Assembly: GCA_965198225.1 (NCBI GenBank)
Contig: CBDAOY010000008.1
Span: 352,001-416,000, forward strand
Length of the DNA: 64,000 nt
Direction: 5' to 3'
Source of the DNA: Terriglobia bacterium
GTDB taxonomy: Bacteria; Acidobacteriota; Terriglobia; 20CM-2-55-15
The notes under the pieces are model-generated. The model worked only from the letters and a program-made list of their open reading frames with translations. It ran no database searches and had not been told where the DNA came from. Position 1 is the stretch's first letter; every line of letters starts with the position of its first letter. Position numbers and translations under genes: made by a program. This document shows, piece by piece, positions 33,593-43,763 of this stretch.

Positions 33593-33833
33593 GGGATTCT
33601 CCTTCCGACCCGGGTCGCCGGTGATTCGCCGGATTATCGCACCGGAGTCGGTCGACGGCAACGTGGGCGCAGGCCGGGCCGCTCGATAGACTCCCAACTA
33701 CCAGCGCTGGACTACTTTCCCCACGCCTTACTTCTTGTTCTTGCATGTCCGGATTCAGTAAAATTGCGCAGACGTTTCCGGGATTTTTGGATCTGTTTAA
33801 ATCGTACTGTTTCAAGATGATAGGTGGCTTCTT

Positions 33834-36368
33834 ATGAAATCGAGATTCTTCATTGCCCTTTTGGCGGCGTCGCTGATCGCCACGGCAGGGGACATTCCCG
33901 AAGATCGCGGCATTTCGGGGCTCAAACAAGCGCTGGATCGACTGGACGTTGTCGGGAGTGTCTTGCACACCGGAGCGCACCCCGACGACGAGAACAGTTC
34001 ACTGCTCGCATGGTTATCGCGAGGCCAGGGCGCCCGGACGGCATACCTGTCGACGACCCGAGGCGAGGGAGGCCAGAACCTGATCGGAACCGAGTTGTTC
34101 GAAGCCCTGGGAGTGATCCGGACCGAAGAGCTTCTCGCGGCCAGACGGTTCGACAGGGCACAGCAGTTTTTCACCCCCAACTACGAGTTTGGTTTCTCGA
34201 AGACCGCCGACGAGACGCTCGACAAATGGGGGAGGGAACAACTGGTCGGCGACATGGTCCGCGTGATACGGAGGTTTCGGCCCGAGGTCATCATCTCCCG
34301 CTTCTCTGGCACGCCCCGGGACGGCCACGGACACCACCAGGCCGCCGGGATCGCGACCCGCGAGGCATTTCATGCCGCCGCGGACCCGAACCTGTATCCC
34401 GGGTACGGGAAGCCCTGGCAAGCCAAGAAGCTCTACATGAGTGCTCGTGGGGGAGGTCGCGGAGGTGGAGGTAACGCTGGCGACATCCGCATCAACGTCG
34501 GCGAATACGGTTCCGCGATCGGTCGATCCTACCACGAGATCGCGATGGAAGGGCGAAGCCTGCATCGAACCCAGTCGATGGGCGCTGCCCGGCAACGCGG
34601 TCCCCGGTATACAGGTCTCGAGATGATCGAAAAGAATGTGCCGGGCGCCGACGACGAACCGATCTTCAACCGCACCACGCACAAGCTCATGGATCTCGTC
34701 GAGCTGGAGCCGGCACTTGAAGCCGACCTGGAAGCCCTGCAGGGTCAGATCGAGGCCATTCGCGAAGAAGCCAGCATCGACGATCCTGCCGACATCTTTC
34801 GGGACCTGATCGAGGCCATCAAGCGGTTCGAAAGCATCCGGTCCAAGGCCCAGGTTGAGCATGTGCGGTTCCTGCTGGACCTCAAGGCGGACGACTTTCA
34901 CCTGGCGGCGGAACTGGCTGCCGGCATCACCGTCGACGTGCTGGCCTCCGACGATACCGTCGTCCCCGGACAGGAGTTCGGGCTGACGGTCGCTATCGTC
35001 AACAACGGACCCTTCGAATTCGAGACAGTACGCACGAACACGGACTTCCCGCCAGGGTGGGAGGCGCGATATGACGGCTCGACAGGCGGCCTTCGATCGG
35101 GCGAGCGTTTCGAGCAGCAATTCACCGTGAAGGTTGTCGAGACGCCGGACTACACGCAGCCCTACTGGCTGCGTAGCCAGCGTGAAGCTGATCGGTTCGC
35201 GTGGCCGGGCGGCGACGAAGCGACGTTGCCGTTCGATCCTCCCCTGATGCCTACAAGTGCCGAGATCGACTTCGGGGACACGGCCATCATCGTGAACCGC
35301 CATGCCGAGTATGTCCACGTGGACGACGTCTACGGTGAGATTCGGAGCCTGGTCAAGGTCGTGCCCGACCTCTCGGTTCGGCTGAGTCCGGAAACTGCTG
35401 TCGTTCCGCTGTCGGGAGACCGCAGGAAGGAGTTCACTGTCACGCTCCACAACCAGTTTCCCGAAGGAGGCGCCGCGGAGGTCGCGCTCGAGGTTCCAGA
35501 AGGCTGGATGGTCGAGCCCGAGTCCCGGACCGTCGAGTTCGGCAGGGCCGGTGAAACTGCCACGGCGCAGTTCGTGGTGGATGTTCCCGGGGCCAGCGGA
35601 GAATTCGAAGTGTCGGCAAGGGCCCGGATGTTGAACGAGGAGTCCCGGAGGGGCTATCGGGTGATCGCCTACCCCCACATCGAGACACGGCACATCTACT
35701 CCGATGCCCGGTCGCGCGTCAACGTGTTCGAGATCGACACCCACGTCGAGAACATCGCGTATGTTCAGGGAGCCGGAGACGAGGTCGCGGCCTCACTCGC
35801 ACAGTTGGAGATACCGGTGACGTTCCTCACAGCCGACGACTTGTCCCGCGGCGACCTGTCCGTCTACGACACGATCGTGGTCGGGATCCGGGCCTACGCG
35901 GTGCGGGAGGATCTTCGAGCTTACAACCAGCGGCTGCTGGACTACGTCGAGAACGGCGGTACATTAGTCGTCCAGTACAACCAGTACGACATGCCGCGCG
36001 GTGACTTCGGGCCATACCCGTTCACGATCAACCGCCCGCACGACCGAGTGACGGTCGAAGAGGCGCCGATCACCTTCGTCGATCCCGACCATCCGGCCAT
36101 CAACACCCCGAACAAGATCTCCCAGGCTGATTTCGAGGGCTGGGTGCAGGAACGGGGTCTGTATTTCATGGGTGACTGGGATGAACGCTACACCCCGATA
36201 CTGGCCTCGAACGACCCAGGCGAAGACCCCAAGCTTGGCGGAATGATGGTCGCGGAGATCGGACAGGGGCGGTATGTCTACACCGGCTATGCCTTTTTCC
36301 GGCAACTTCCCGCCGGTGTTCCGGGAGCCTACAGGCTGTTTTCAAACTTGATCAGCCTCGGGAACTAG
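33834..36368 (+). CDS. Large secreted PIG-L/LmbE-family deacetylase with NEW3-like and C-terminal domains
   Basis: Signal peptide; GAHPDDE, TRGEGGQN, HGHH; C-terminal FFRQLPAGVPGAYRL. Confidence 0.88.
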   Translation: MKSRFFIALLAASLIATAGDIPEDRGISGLKQALDRLDVVGSVLHTGAHPDDENSSLLAWLSRGQGARTAYLSTTRGEGGQNLIGTELFEALGVIRTEELLAARRFDRAQQFFTPNYEFGFSKTADETLDKWGREQLVGDMVRVIRRFRPEVIISRFSGTPRDGHGHHQAAGIATREAFHAAADPNLYPGYGKPWQAKKLYMSARGGGRGGGGNAGDIRINVGEYGSAIGRSYHEIAMEGRSLHRTQSMGAARQRGPRYTGLEMIEKNVPGADDEPIFNRTTHKLMDLVELEPALEADLEALQGQIEAIREEASIDDPADIFRDLIEAIKRFESIRSKAQVEHVRFLLDLKADDFHLAAELAAGITVDVLASDDTVVPGQEFGLTVAIVNNGPFEFETVRTNTDFPPGWEARYDGSTGGLRSGERFEQQFTVKVVETPDYTQPYWLRSQREADRFAWPGGDEATLPFDPPLMPTSAEIDFGDTAIIVNRHAEYVHVDDVYGEIRSLVKVVPDLSVRLSPETAVVPLSGDRRKEFTVTLHNQFPEGGAAEVALEVPEGWMVEPESRTVEFGRAGETATAQFVVDVPGASGEFEVSARARMLNEESRRGYRVIAYPHIETRHIYSDARSRVNVFEIDTHVENIAYVQGAGDEVAASLAQLEIPVTFLTADDLSRGDLSVYDTIVVGIRAYAVREDLRAYNQRLLDYVENGGTLVVQYNQYDMPRGDFGPYPFTINRPHDRVTVEEAPITFVDPDHPAINTPNKISQADFEGWVQERGLYFMGDWDERYTPILASNDPGEDPKLGGMMVAEIGQGRYVYTGYAFFRQLPAGVPGAYRLFSNLISLGN

Positions 36369-36515
36369 TCTGGGAAGAGACCCTACCCGGTGGCTGTTGG
36401 CTACCAACCTCTGCCCGACGGCTGGTTCAGGACATGCGGTTCCGGTCTTGCCTTGAACCGTTTCGCCTGCGCCGAAGTTGGCCCCGAGGCGCCTCCCGGT
36501 GCTAAAATTTATGTA

Positions 36516-37259
36516 ATGGCCCAGAGATTCATCTTCTTGCTCGCACTGGCGCTCGTCACGGCGTCGCCTGGGCTTGGGCAAGTTTCGCAGCAGAATCGGT
36601 TCGAGATCCTCGGAACGGTGATCGCCGATACCGCCGCATCGGAGATCGTCATGCCGCTCGGCGACGACGGCGTCACGCTCTTCGAGGACGGAAAAATCGA
36701 CGAGGAGAAACTCCGGGAGGAACTCGGGGAGGAGGGGCGCTCCATCAACGAGGGTGATATCGTTACGGTGACCGCGATCAGCTTCGACGATGACAAGATC
36801 GAGATCGAGCTCAATGGGGGTGGCAAGAACAAGAAGGGCATCCTCGACCGACTCGAGGTCGGTGTGGGAAGCCGGACGACGCCCGTCCGACAGAGCGATA
36901 CCGAGAATGCAAACGGTTCCAAGGTCGTTCTCCGCTTCAGTGACAAGGCTCCGCAAGAGTTGACCCCCGACCTGTTGCGGGAGCTCCTCTCACCGGTGCT
37001 CGACTTCAACGAGCGGAATTTCATGGAAACCGGCCTCGACTCCCTGCCTGAGGAATTCCGCGAGGCCGTCCTGGCGAAAGAAGCCAAGATTGGGATGGAC
37101 AAGGCGACCGTTCTGATGGCCCTGGGCCGTCCGAACGACAGGATCCGCGAGAGGGTCGACGGTATCGAGCGGGAAGATTGGCTCTACCGCAAGGTCGGCT
37201 ACCGTATCGATTTCATCACCTTCGAGAACGGCATCGTAGTCCGGATCCGAAAGTACTGA
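36516..37259 (+). CDS. Secreted hypothetical protein with a BamE/SmpA-like C-terminal domain
   Basis: Signal peptide; IGMDKATVLMALGRP...EDWLY...FENGIV. Confidence 0.7.
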   Translation: MAQRFIFLLALALVTASPGLGQVSQQNRFEILGTVIADTAASEIVMPLGDDGVTLFEDGKIDEEKLREELGEEGRSINEGDIVTVTAISFDDDKIEIELNGGGKNKKGILDRLEVGVGSRTTPVRQSDTENANGSKVVLRFSDKAPQELTPDLLRELLSPVLDFNERNFMETGLDSLPEEFREAVLAKEAKIGMDKATVLMALGRPNDRIRERVDGIEREDWLYRKVGYRIDFITFENGIVVRIRKY

Positions 37260-38173
37260 TGAAGATTGCCGTCCTCGGGGCCGGCGCTGTCGGCAGCTAC
37301 TACGGCGGCCGCCTGGCCGAAGCCGGGCACGACGTCACCCTGGTCGGTCGACGCAGCCATGTCGCGGCCATTCGCGCGGACGGTCTCACGATCGATTCCA
37401 AAGTCTCAGGAACGAGCACGTCCCACCCCGAGGCTTCAGAAACTCTCCTACCGGAATCTGACCCGGAACTCGTCCTTCTCACAGTCAAGGCCTTCGACAC
37501 GGCCGGCGCCGCGCGATCCGTCAACGAATCGAACACGCGACCGAAAGCCGTTTTGAGTCTGCAGAACGGAGTCGACAATCACGCCGCCGCCGCGGAGGTC
37601 CTCGAGGGCGTCGACGTCTACCCCACGGTCGTATACGTCGCCGTCGGAGTAACCGCGCCCGGCGTCGTAACCCACCAAGCCAGGGGCGAGATCGTCCTGC
37701 CCGAAGAGCTCGGTTGGCTGGTATCGGTGTTCGAGGGCGCCTCCATCCCGGCCTCTACGACGGACAACATCATCGGGATGCTTTGGAACAAACTTCTGCT
37801 CAACGCGAGCTTGAACGCGCTGTCCATGATCACTGATACCTCGTTCGGTCAGCTAGCGTCCAACCCGGACGGACGTCAGGTCGTTCGATCCGCAGTCGAA
37901 GAGGTTGTCGCAGTCGCGAAGTCCATGGGGATCGACGTCGGCGTGTCGGACCCGGTGGCAACTGTCTTGAAAACGGCAGAGAGTCTCGGCGCCGGGAAGT
38001 CGTCGATGTGGCAGGATCACCGGGCGGGCAAGAAGATCGAAATCGATGCCCTGAACGGGGTAGTCGTTCGAGCCGGACAGAGGCATGGGGTTCCCGCCCC
38101 TGTAAATGCGACGCTCCACGCCGCGGCCAGCCTGATGGCGCGGCAACCCCATGCGGCGCGAGCGAGGCGGTAG
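37259..38173 (+). CDS. panE: 2-dehydropantoate 2-reductase
   Basis: GAGAVG, SLQNG, WNKLLLN, SSMWQD, EIDALNG. Confidence 0.92.
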   Translation: MKIAVLGAGAVGSYYGGRLAEAGHDVTLVGRRSHVAAIRADGLTIDSKVSGTSTSHPEASETLLPESDPELVLLTVKAFDTAGAARSVNESNTRPKAVLSLQNGVDNHAAAAEVLEGVDVYPTVVYVAVGVTAPGVVTHQARGEIVLPEELGWLVSVFEGASIPASTTDNIIGMLWNKLLLNASLNALSMITDTSFGQLASNPDGRQVVRSAVEEVVAVAKSMGIDVGVSDPVATVLKTAESLGAGKSSMWQDHRAGKKIEIDALNGVVVRAGQRHGVPAPVNATLHAAASLMARQPHAARARR

Positions 38174-38444
38174 CAGCCCGTGGCAGAACTCTGCAGGGCC
38201 GCGTTACGGCCAAACGGGGCCGGATTCTAGGAGGCGAGGACGAAGCAATGCTCATTCATTGGGAGGAGTCGGCGACAACGAAGACGGTCCCGTTTCGCCG
38301 TAACCCGAAGGGCGCAGGGGGGTTCGGGCCGCAGGCTTTGTCCCTTGTCGGTCACGATGAATGATCATCGCTCCGCTCCTCACTTCGCGCCTGCAACCCG
38401 AAGACCCCTGCGCGCGACCCTGCAGAGTTCTGCCACGGGCTGCT
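38172..38444. mobile_element. MITE-like element, 273 bp, with perfect 27 bp terminal inverted repeats
   Basis: AGCAGCCCGTGGCAGAACTCTGCAGGG (38172-38198) / CCCTGCAGAGTTCTGCCACGGGCTGCT (38418-38444); no transposase ORF inside. Confidence 0.75.
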
Positions 38445-38920
38445 GGGTGGTGCGGGACTACTGGGCGCCCTTGCTCGTCTGGGTGCTTTTGACCTACACG
38501 TTCTCCTCCGACATGTTCTCGGCCGCGGAGACATCACGTTTTATAGTCCCGGTCCTGGAGTTCCTGTTTCCCTGGCTTTCGCGGGAGTGGATACTGGCTC
38601 TTCACGGAGTTGTCCGGAAGCTGGGGCACATCGCGGAGTATTTCGTCATGGCCATCCTGACTTACCGGGCCGTTCGCCTCAGCAGTCGGACCACGGCAGC
38701 CATCATACTGTCGGGACTGTTCGTCCTCTCCGTGGCCTCGCTCGACGAGCTCCGACAGACCTGGACCCTGTATCGGGGAGGCTCCCCCTTCGATGTCGGC
38801 TACGACTGTTTCGGTGGGCTACTCGGTATCTGGCTGTTCGTCAAGATCGAGTGCCGCCGGCGAGGATCCGCTACGGGGCTGAGTGTAGCCCGAGTGGCCC
38901 CGGAGCTATCGCTGCCGTGA
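38357..38920 (+). CDS. VanZ family membrane protein (start uncertain; conserved part begins ~38447)
   Basis: YWAPLLVW...FSSD.FSA.ETSRFI.P, VRKLGHIAEYF, ASLDELRQ...RGGS..DV. Confidence 0.82.
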   Translation: MNDHRSAPHFAPATRRPLRATLQSSATGCWVVRDYWAPLLVWVLLTYTFSSDMFSAAETSRFIVPVLEFLFPWLSREWILALHGVVRKLGHIAEYFVMAILTYRAVRLSSRTTAAIILSGLFVLSVASLDELRQTWTLYRGGSPFDVGYDCFGGLLGIWLFVKIECRRRGSATGLSVARVAPELSLP

Positions 38921-40047
38921 GCCTCGGACTCTACATCCACATTCCGTTCTGTGAGCAGCATTGCCATTACTGCGCGTTCCCCGTAGCCGTGTCCGGGGTG
39001 AAATCCCACGACCCGTATGTCAGTCGGCTAATGCGGGAACTGGACCTTATAGGACTCGCGGAGGGTCCGGCGACACTGTACCTGGGCGGTGGAACACCTT
39101 CGCTTCTGGATCCCGACCTCATTGCCAGACTCTTGGGCGCGGTGCCGGCCGGAGCCTCCGAGGTGTCGCTCGAAGCCAATCCGGGGACGCTGGACCCGTG
39201 CAAGCTGGATCGGTATCTCGAACTCGGTATCAATCGGATCAGCCTCGGAGCGCAGTCCTTCGACAAGTCGGACCTCGAAAGCGCCGGCCGTCTGCACGAA
39301 CCCGAAGATTCGATTCAGGATTTCGAAACGCTGAGGAGGCAGGGTTTCAACAACATCAACCTCGATCTGATCGCAGGTTTACCCGGACAGGACCGGCGGG
39401 CCTGGAGCCAGAATCTCGATTGGATCGAGCGACTGGGGCCCGACCACGTGTCGATCTATCTGCTCGAACTGGAGGAGGGGGCGCTGTGGGGAAAGCGAAA
39501 GCCGGCGATGCATGCCGAAGACGATCACGGGTGGTTCTACTCTTACGCATCGGAGCGACTGGCTGAGGCCGGCTATGTTCATTACGAGGTTTCCAGTTGG
39601 GCCCGGCCGGGTTCGGAGTGCCGCCACAATCAGGGCTACTGGAACCAGACGCCGTACCGGGGAGTCGGCCTGGGCGCACATTCCTACATCGACGGGCGAC
39701 GGTTCTGGAACACGCGCTCGATGGAGGGCTACGCCCGTCGGCTCGACGCCGGAGAGCTGCCCATCGAGACGTTCGAGAATCGGACCCGTACGATACGTCT
39801 CGAAGAAGCGTTTCTGCTGGGCTTACGGCAGATGCAGGGCTTCGACGTATGGACGGTCGCGAATGAAATTGGAATCGACTATCCTCAAGAATGGTTCGAC
39901 CGCCTGGAGAACCTCCAGGAGGCTCGTTTGGTTGAATTCGACGGAACCATCCTCAGGCTTGCGCCGGCGGGATGGCTTCTGGCCACAGGTATTACCGAGG
40001 AACTGCTATGCCCGACACTGTTATCGATCTGCGAAGCGACACCGTAA
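38917..40047 (+). CDS. hemW: Radical SAM heme chaperone HemW (HemN-like)
   Basis: LYIHIPFCEQHCHYC, GGGTPS, EANP, YEVSSW, HNQGYW. Confidence 0.9.
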   Translation: MSLGLYIHIPFCEQHCHYCAFPVAVSGVKSHDPYVSRLMRELDLIGLAEGPATLYLGGGTPSLLDPDLIARLLGAVPAGASEVSLEANPGTLDPCKLDRYLELGINRISLGAQSFDKSDLESAGRLHEPEDSIQDFETLRRQGFNNINLDLIAGLPGQDRRAWSQNLDWIERLGPDHVSIYLLELEEGALWGKRKPAMHAEDDHGWFYSYASERLAEAGYVHYEVSSWARPGSECRHNQGYWNQTPYRGVGLGAHSYIDGRRFWNTRSMEGYARRLDAGELPIETFENRTRTIRLEEAFLLGLRQMQGFDVWTVANEIGIDYPQEWFDRLENLQEARLVEFDGTILRLAPAGWLLATGITEELLCPTLLSICEATP

Positions 40048-41054
40048 CCAGACCCTCCCCTGCAATGCGACGCGCCATCTCGGAGGCCGTGGTGGGCGAC
40101 GACGTCTTCATGGAGGATCCAACCGTAAACCGTCTCCAGGATCGCGCAGCCGAAATCTTCGGCCGGGAAGCGGCCCTGTATGTTCCCTCGGGCACGATGG
40201 GAAACCTGACCTGCATCATGGCCCAGACCGAACCCGGACAGGAGGTCATCTGCGAGGGCCAAGGCCACATCTATAACTATGAGATGGCTTCGATGTCCGC
40301 GATCGGGGGAGTGCTGCCCCGTGTCGTCGAAACAGATCGCGGGATCATGAGCTGGGAGCAGATCGAGAAAGCGATCCGTCCGAAGATCTACTACCGGGCG
40401 CAGACGGCGCTGGTCGCTCTGGAGAACACACACAACATGGCAGGCGGTACGGTCTACCCGACCGAAACAGTGGACGAGATCTGCGAAAAGGCTCATGAAA
40501 GGGGGTTGAACGTCCACCTCGACGGCGCGAGGATATTCAACGCCGCGACCGCCCTAGGGCAGGATGTGGCCCGGATTACCCGGGGTTTCGATTCGATTCA
40601 GTTCTGTCTGAGCAAGGGGCTCGGCGCACCAGTCGGTTCGTTGGTTGTCGGGGGCCGGACATTCATCGAGCGTTGTCGAAGCGTCCGGAAGATGCTCGGA
40701 GGCGGGATGCGCCAGGCGGGCATCGTCGCCGCCGCCGGCTTGATCGCCCTGGAGAGCGGGCCGGGCCGACTGCATGAAGACCATGCCAAGGCAAAGCTGC
40801 TTGCCGGCCGTTTATCGGAAATCCCCGGGATCGATGTCGACCCCGCCGCCGTGCAGACGAACATCGTGATCTTCGACATCAGCGGTACCGGGATGGAGTC
40901 GTCTGCCTACCTCGAAGCACTCGAGGGAAACGGTGTGCTCGCGGTCCCCGTCGACCGTGACCGCGTGCGTATGGTCGCTCACCTGGACGTCCGCCGGGAT
41001 GAGGTCGAGCGCGCCGCCGACATCGTCGCGGAGATGCAGGGGAAAATGGTTTGA
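40008..41054 (+). CDS. ltaE: Low-specificity L-threonine aldolase
   Basis: [43 protein letters not shown]. Confidence 0.94.
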   Translation: MPDTVIDLRSDTVTRPSPAMRRAISEAVVGDDVFMEDPTVNRLQDRAAEIFGREAALYVPSGTMGNLTCIMAQTEPGQEVICEGQGHIYNYEMASMSAIGGVLPRVVETDRGIMSWEQIEKAIRPKIYYRAQTALVALENTHNMAGGTVYPTETVDEICEKAHERGLNVHLDGARIFNAATALGQDVARITRGFDSIQFCLSKGLGAPVGSLVVGGRTFIERCRSVRKMLGGGMRQAGIVAAAGLIALESGPGRLHEDHAKAKLLAGRLSEIPGIDVDPAAVQTNIVIFDISGTGMESSAYLEALEGNGVLAVPVDRDRVRMVAHLDVRRDEVERAADIVAEMQGKMV

Positions 41055-42127
41055 GTCGGAAGCTGCGTGTCGGGATCATCTTCGGGGGACGCTCGGGCGA
41101 GCACGAGGTATCGCTTCGCTCCGCCGAGTCGGTACTCGCCGCAATGGATCGGTCCCGATACGAGGTCGTCCCGATCGGAATCACGAAGGGGGGGCGGTGG
41201 CTCAGCTCGAGGAGCGCCTTGTCGCTCTTGCCCGCCGAAGAGATCGCCGAAACATTCAAGTCGGGCACACCGGTTGTCATGCCGGCCGAACCGACAGGGA
41301 AGCGTTCTCTCGACGTGGTGTTTCCGGTGCTGCACGGTCCGCTGGGTGAGGACGGTACCGTTCAGGGGCTGTTGGAACTGGCCGACGTTCCCTACGTCGG
41401 TGCCGGTGTCCTGGGTTCGGCCGTAGGAATGGACAAGCACGTCATGAAACGGTTGATCGGTGCCGCCGGCCTGCCGATCCTCGAGTACTGGAGTCTTCTC
41501 GGCGGCGAAATCGATCGCTTCGTCGACGTGCGGGCGTCGGAGCTGCCCTACCCGGTATTCGTCAAACCCGCCAACATGGGTTCGTCCGTCGGCATCACAA
41601 AAGTGCAGTCCTCCGACGCTCTCGGCGGTGCGCTCGAACTGGCGCGCGAATACGATCGAAAGATCATCGTCGAGAAAGGGATAGATGCTCGCGAGATCGA
41701 GTTGAGTGTCCTGGGCAACGACGAACCCATCGCATCCGTTCCCGGAGAGATCCGGCCTTCTCGCGAGTTCTACGACTACCAGGCAAAATATGTCGACGAC
41801 GATTCCGAACTCGTCATTCCCGCACCCTTGAGGGACGACCAGACGGCCGAGGCCCGGCGTCTGGCGCTGGAGACATACAAGGCGCTGGAATGTTCGGGCA
41901 TGGGGCGCGTTGACCTGCTGCTGGAATCGGGCACGGAAGAATTCTACGTGAACGAGCTGAACACACTTCCCGGTTTCACTTCCATCAGCATGTATCCCCG
42001 CCTCTGGGAAGCCTCCGGCGTCCCGTGCCCCGAACTGATCGACCGTTTGATCAACCTCGCGATCGAGCGCCACGAAAAGAGATCCAAACTCCGCACCTCC
42101 TACGACCAACTCCCACCCGGAACCTGA
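41051..42127 (+). CDS. ddl: D-alanine--D-alanine ligase
   Basis: [51 protein letters not shown]. Confidence 0.96.
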   Translation: MSRKLRVGIIFGGRSGEHEVSLRSAESVLAAMDRSRYEVVPIGITKGGRWLSSRSALSLLPAEEIAETFKSGTPVVMPAEPTGKRSLDVVFPVLHGPLGEDGTVQGLLELADVPYVGAGVLGSAVGMDKHVMKRLIGAAGLPILEYWSLLGGEIDRFVDVRASELPYPVFVKPANMGSSVGITKVQSSDALGGALELAREYDRKIIVEKGIDAREIELSVLGNDEPIASVPGEIRPSREFYDYQAKYVDDDSELVIPAPLRDDQTAEARRLALETYKALECSGMGRVDLLLESGTEEFYVNELNTLPGFTSISMYPRLWEASGVPCPELIDRLINLAIERHEKRSKLRTSYDQLPPGT

Positions 42128-42133
42128 CTATCG

Positions 42134-42309
42134 GAGTTTTTAACCACGGAGGCGCGAAGGCGCGGAGAAAAAACTAGAAGAGTTTAGCCTCGAAACCAGA
42201 TCGGTCCATACAGGACCATGACCTGCACCCCCTGACCAAGTTCGCTGCTAGCCCGATTGCAGATTTGACTGCTGGACTCCGCGTCTCCGCGCCTCCGTGG
42301 TTAAAACTC
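42134..42309. repeat. Inverted repeat element with 9-nt periodic ends (AACCACGGAGGCGCGAAGGCGCGGAG family)
   Basis: gagtttttaaccacggaggcgcgaaggcgcggag ... ctccgcgtctccgcgcctccgtggttaaaactc; an extra right end at ~42738-42758. Confidence 0.75.
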
Positions 42310-42317
42310 TTCCCCAA

Positions 42318-42509
42318 AAAATAAAAGGGCTGCAAATTTTGCAGCCCTTGTTCAATTTCTCGGTCTTTTGCGCCTTGTTTTGTTTTATGTCGGTCGTCTT
42401 AGCGCGACCTGTTATTTACTGGAGCTTTCTTTAATCCTTTTGTTTAGTCATCCCTCCTTTTAGAGAAATGAGCACTACTACTACCTGTTGGGGTAGTAAG
42501 TAGTACGTT
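42318..42509 (-). ncRNA. Putative small RNA (~190 nt) of unknown family
   Basis: Promoter TTGACA (42539-42544), 17 bp, AATACT (42516-42521); terminator at 42325-42349; A-rich; only a 6-codon ATG ORF. Confidence 0.45.
42325..42349. terminator. Intrinsic terminator (minus strand U-tract)
   Basis: Minus strand AAGGGCTGCAAAATTTGCAGCCCTT followed by TTATTTTTT. Confidence 0.8.
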
Positions 42510-42664
42510 GCGCCTAGTATTGTGGTGAAATTATTGCGTGTCAAGATAAAAATCCGGTCGGACAGGTGTGTCTGCGCTCGAAAAGCCTGGTGACGACAGA
42601 GGCGCGGGCCTTCCGGGTCGCTGTTTCGTCTCGTTCACAGACGTCTCCGCGTCGCAAAACACCC

Positions 42665-42706
42665 GGGGACAGGGCCAGGCCCCTGTCCCCTCACATCGGC
42701 TCTCTC
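42665..42706. repeat. GGGGACAGGGCCAGGCCCCTGTCCCC hairpin repeat
   Basis: Near-identical copy at 61023-61066; partial copy at 27927-27957. Confidence 0.75.
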
Positions 42707-42782
42707 ACGGGACGTTGAGCTCAACGAAGGGGCATGATCTCCGTGCCTCCGTGGTTAAGATTTCTTAGCGTGGCGGCCGGGA

Positions 42783-43763
42783 TCAGGGCACCTGATAGTA
42801 ACCGCGCTTGTGGACGATCTGGTAGGGCTTGTCGCAGACCACTTCGATCCGGCGGAAGACGAGCTTTGTCGGGGATGCCGCATTGTTGGACACGTAGCCT
42901 AGAACGTATTGGTTGCGGGCCTGTTCGGTCAGCTTCGCGTACGCCCGCTCGAGGTCCTCGTCCGAACCGGCATGGAGGTAGTCGCCTCCGGTCCAGATTG
43001 CGTAGTCATCGAGCACGGATTTAATGCGGGAGTACCAGTTTGCTTTGATGCCGATCGTGTAGGCCTGGATCTCGTAGTCGATCATCTGAAGAAGGTTGTC
43101 ATCGAAGTTGTGCGTGCTCTCTTCGGTGTTGCCGTCGGAAACAAGGACTATCACCTTTCTTTTCTCTTCGGGACGGTGTCTCAACGCTAAGGATGCTTCA
43201 TAGACGGCGTCGTGAAGAACCCGCTTGTCGGGCCTGAGGGGAGTCTGCGTGGTCGTGATGACGCTGCGTCCGTTGATGCTGGGTGAAGGCTGTGCGGCCC
43301 TCCCTCCCACGGCTTCGATGGTGGGCTGGAGGTCCCGGAGTTGTTCCATCGCCAGCCGGACGACTTCCGGATCGGATTCGAAGTCCTGCACCATCTGGAC
43401 GCGGTTGTCGAACTTGTAGATCGCCACTTCATCCATCGGGCTGAACGCAGCGACCAGCGCCGGGATGGATGCCTGAAGCGACAACAGCGACTTGGCGGGG
43501 AGGCCCGTGTCGATCATCACCACGACCGAGAGCGGGATGGGATCGATGCTGAACTGCTGGATTTCCTGGACCTCGCCGTCTTCGAGCACCGTGATGTCGT
43601 CCTGATCGAGACCCGCGATGAGCTTGCCGTCGGAGTCCTTGACCGTGAACGGAACGACGACCAGATCGACGCGCGTTCGGAGCTGGAACTGCTGTGCCGT
43701 CAGCACCGAGGCGAGCAGCGCAACAGCGACAACGGCGCTAATTACTGTCCTCGTCAGTCGCAT
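42783..43763 (-). CDS. VWFA-related Acidobacterial-domain protein (degenerate MIDAS), secreted
   Basis: Signal peptide; VDLVVVPFTVKD, MIDTG, VSDG, RNQYVLGY, KRGYY. Confidence 0.85.
   Translation of the reverse strand: MRLTRTVISAVVAVALLASVLTAQQFQLRTRVDLVVVPFTVKDSDGKLIAGLDQDDITVLEDGEVQEIQQFSIDPIPLSVVVMIDTGLPAKSLLSLQASIPALVAAFSPMDEVAIYKFDNRVQMVQDFESDPEVVRLAMEQLRDLQPTIEAVGGRAAQPSPSINGRSVITTTQTPLRPDKRVLHDAVYEASLALRHRPEEKRKVIVLVSDGNTEESTHNFDDNLLQMIDYEIQAYTIGIKANWYSRIKSVLDDYAIWTGGDYLHAGSDEDLERAYAKLTEQARNQYVLGYVSNNAASPTKLVFRRIEVVCDKPYQIVHKRGYYQVP

Noticed and set aside
42431-42451. Micro-ORF MTKQKD as a confident CDS
   Set aside because: The SD-like AAGGAGGG abuts the ATG with no spacer and the ORF has only six codons; kept only as part of the sRNA hypothesis
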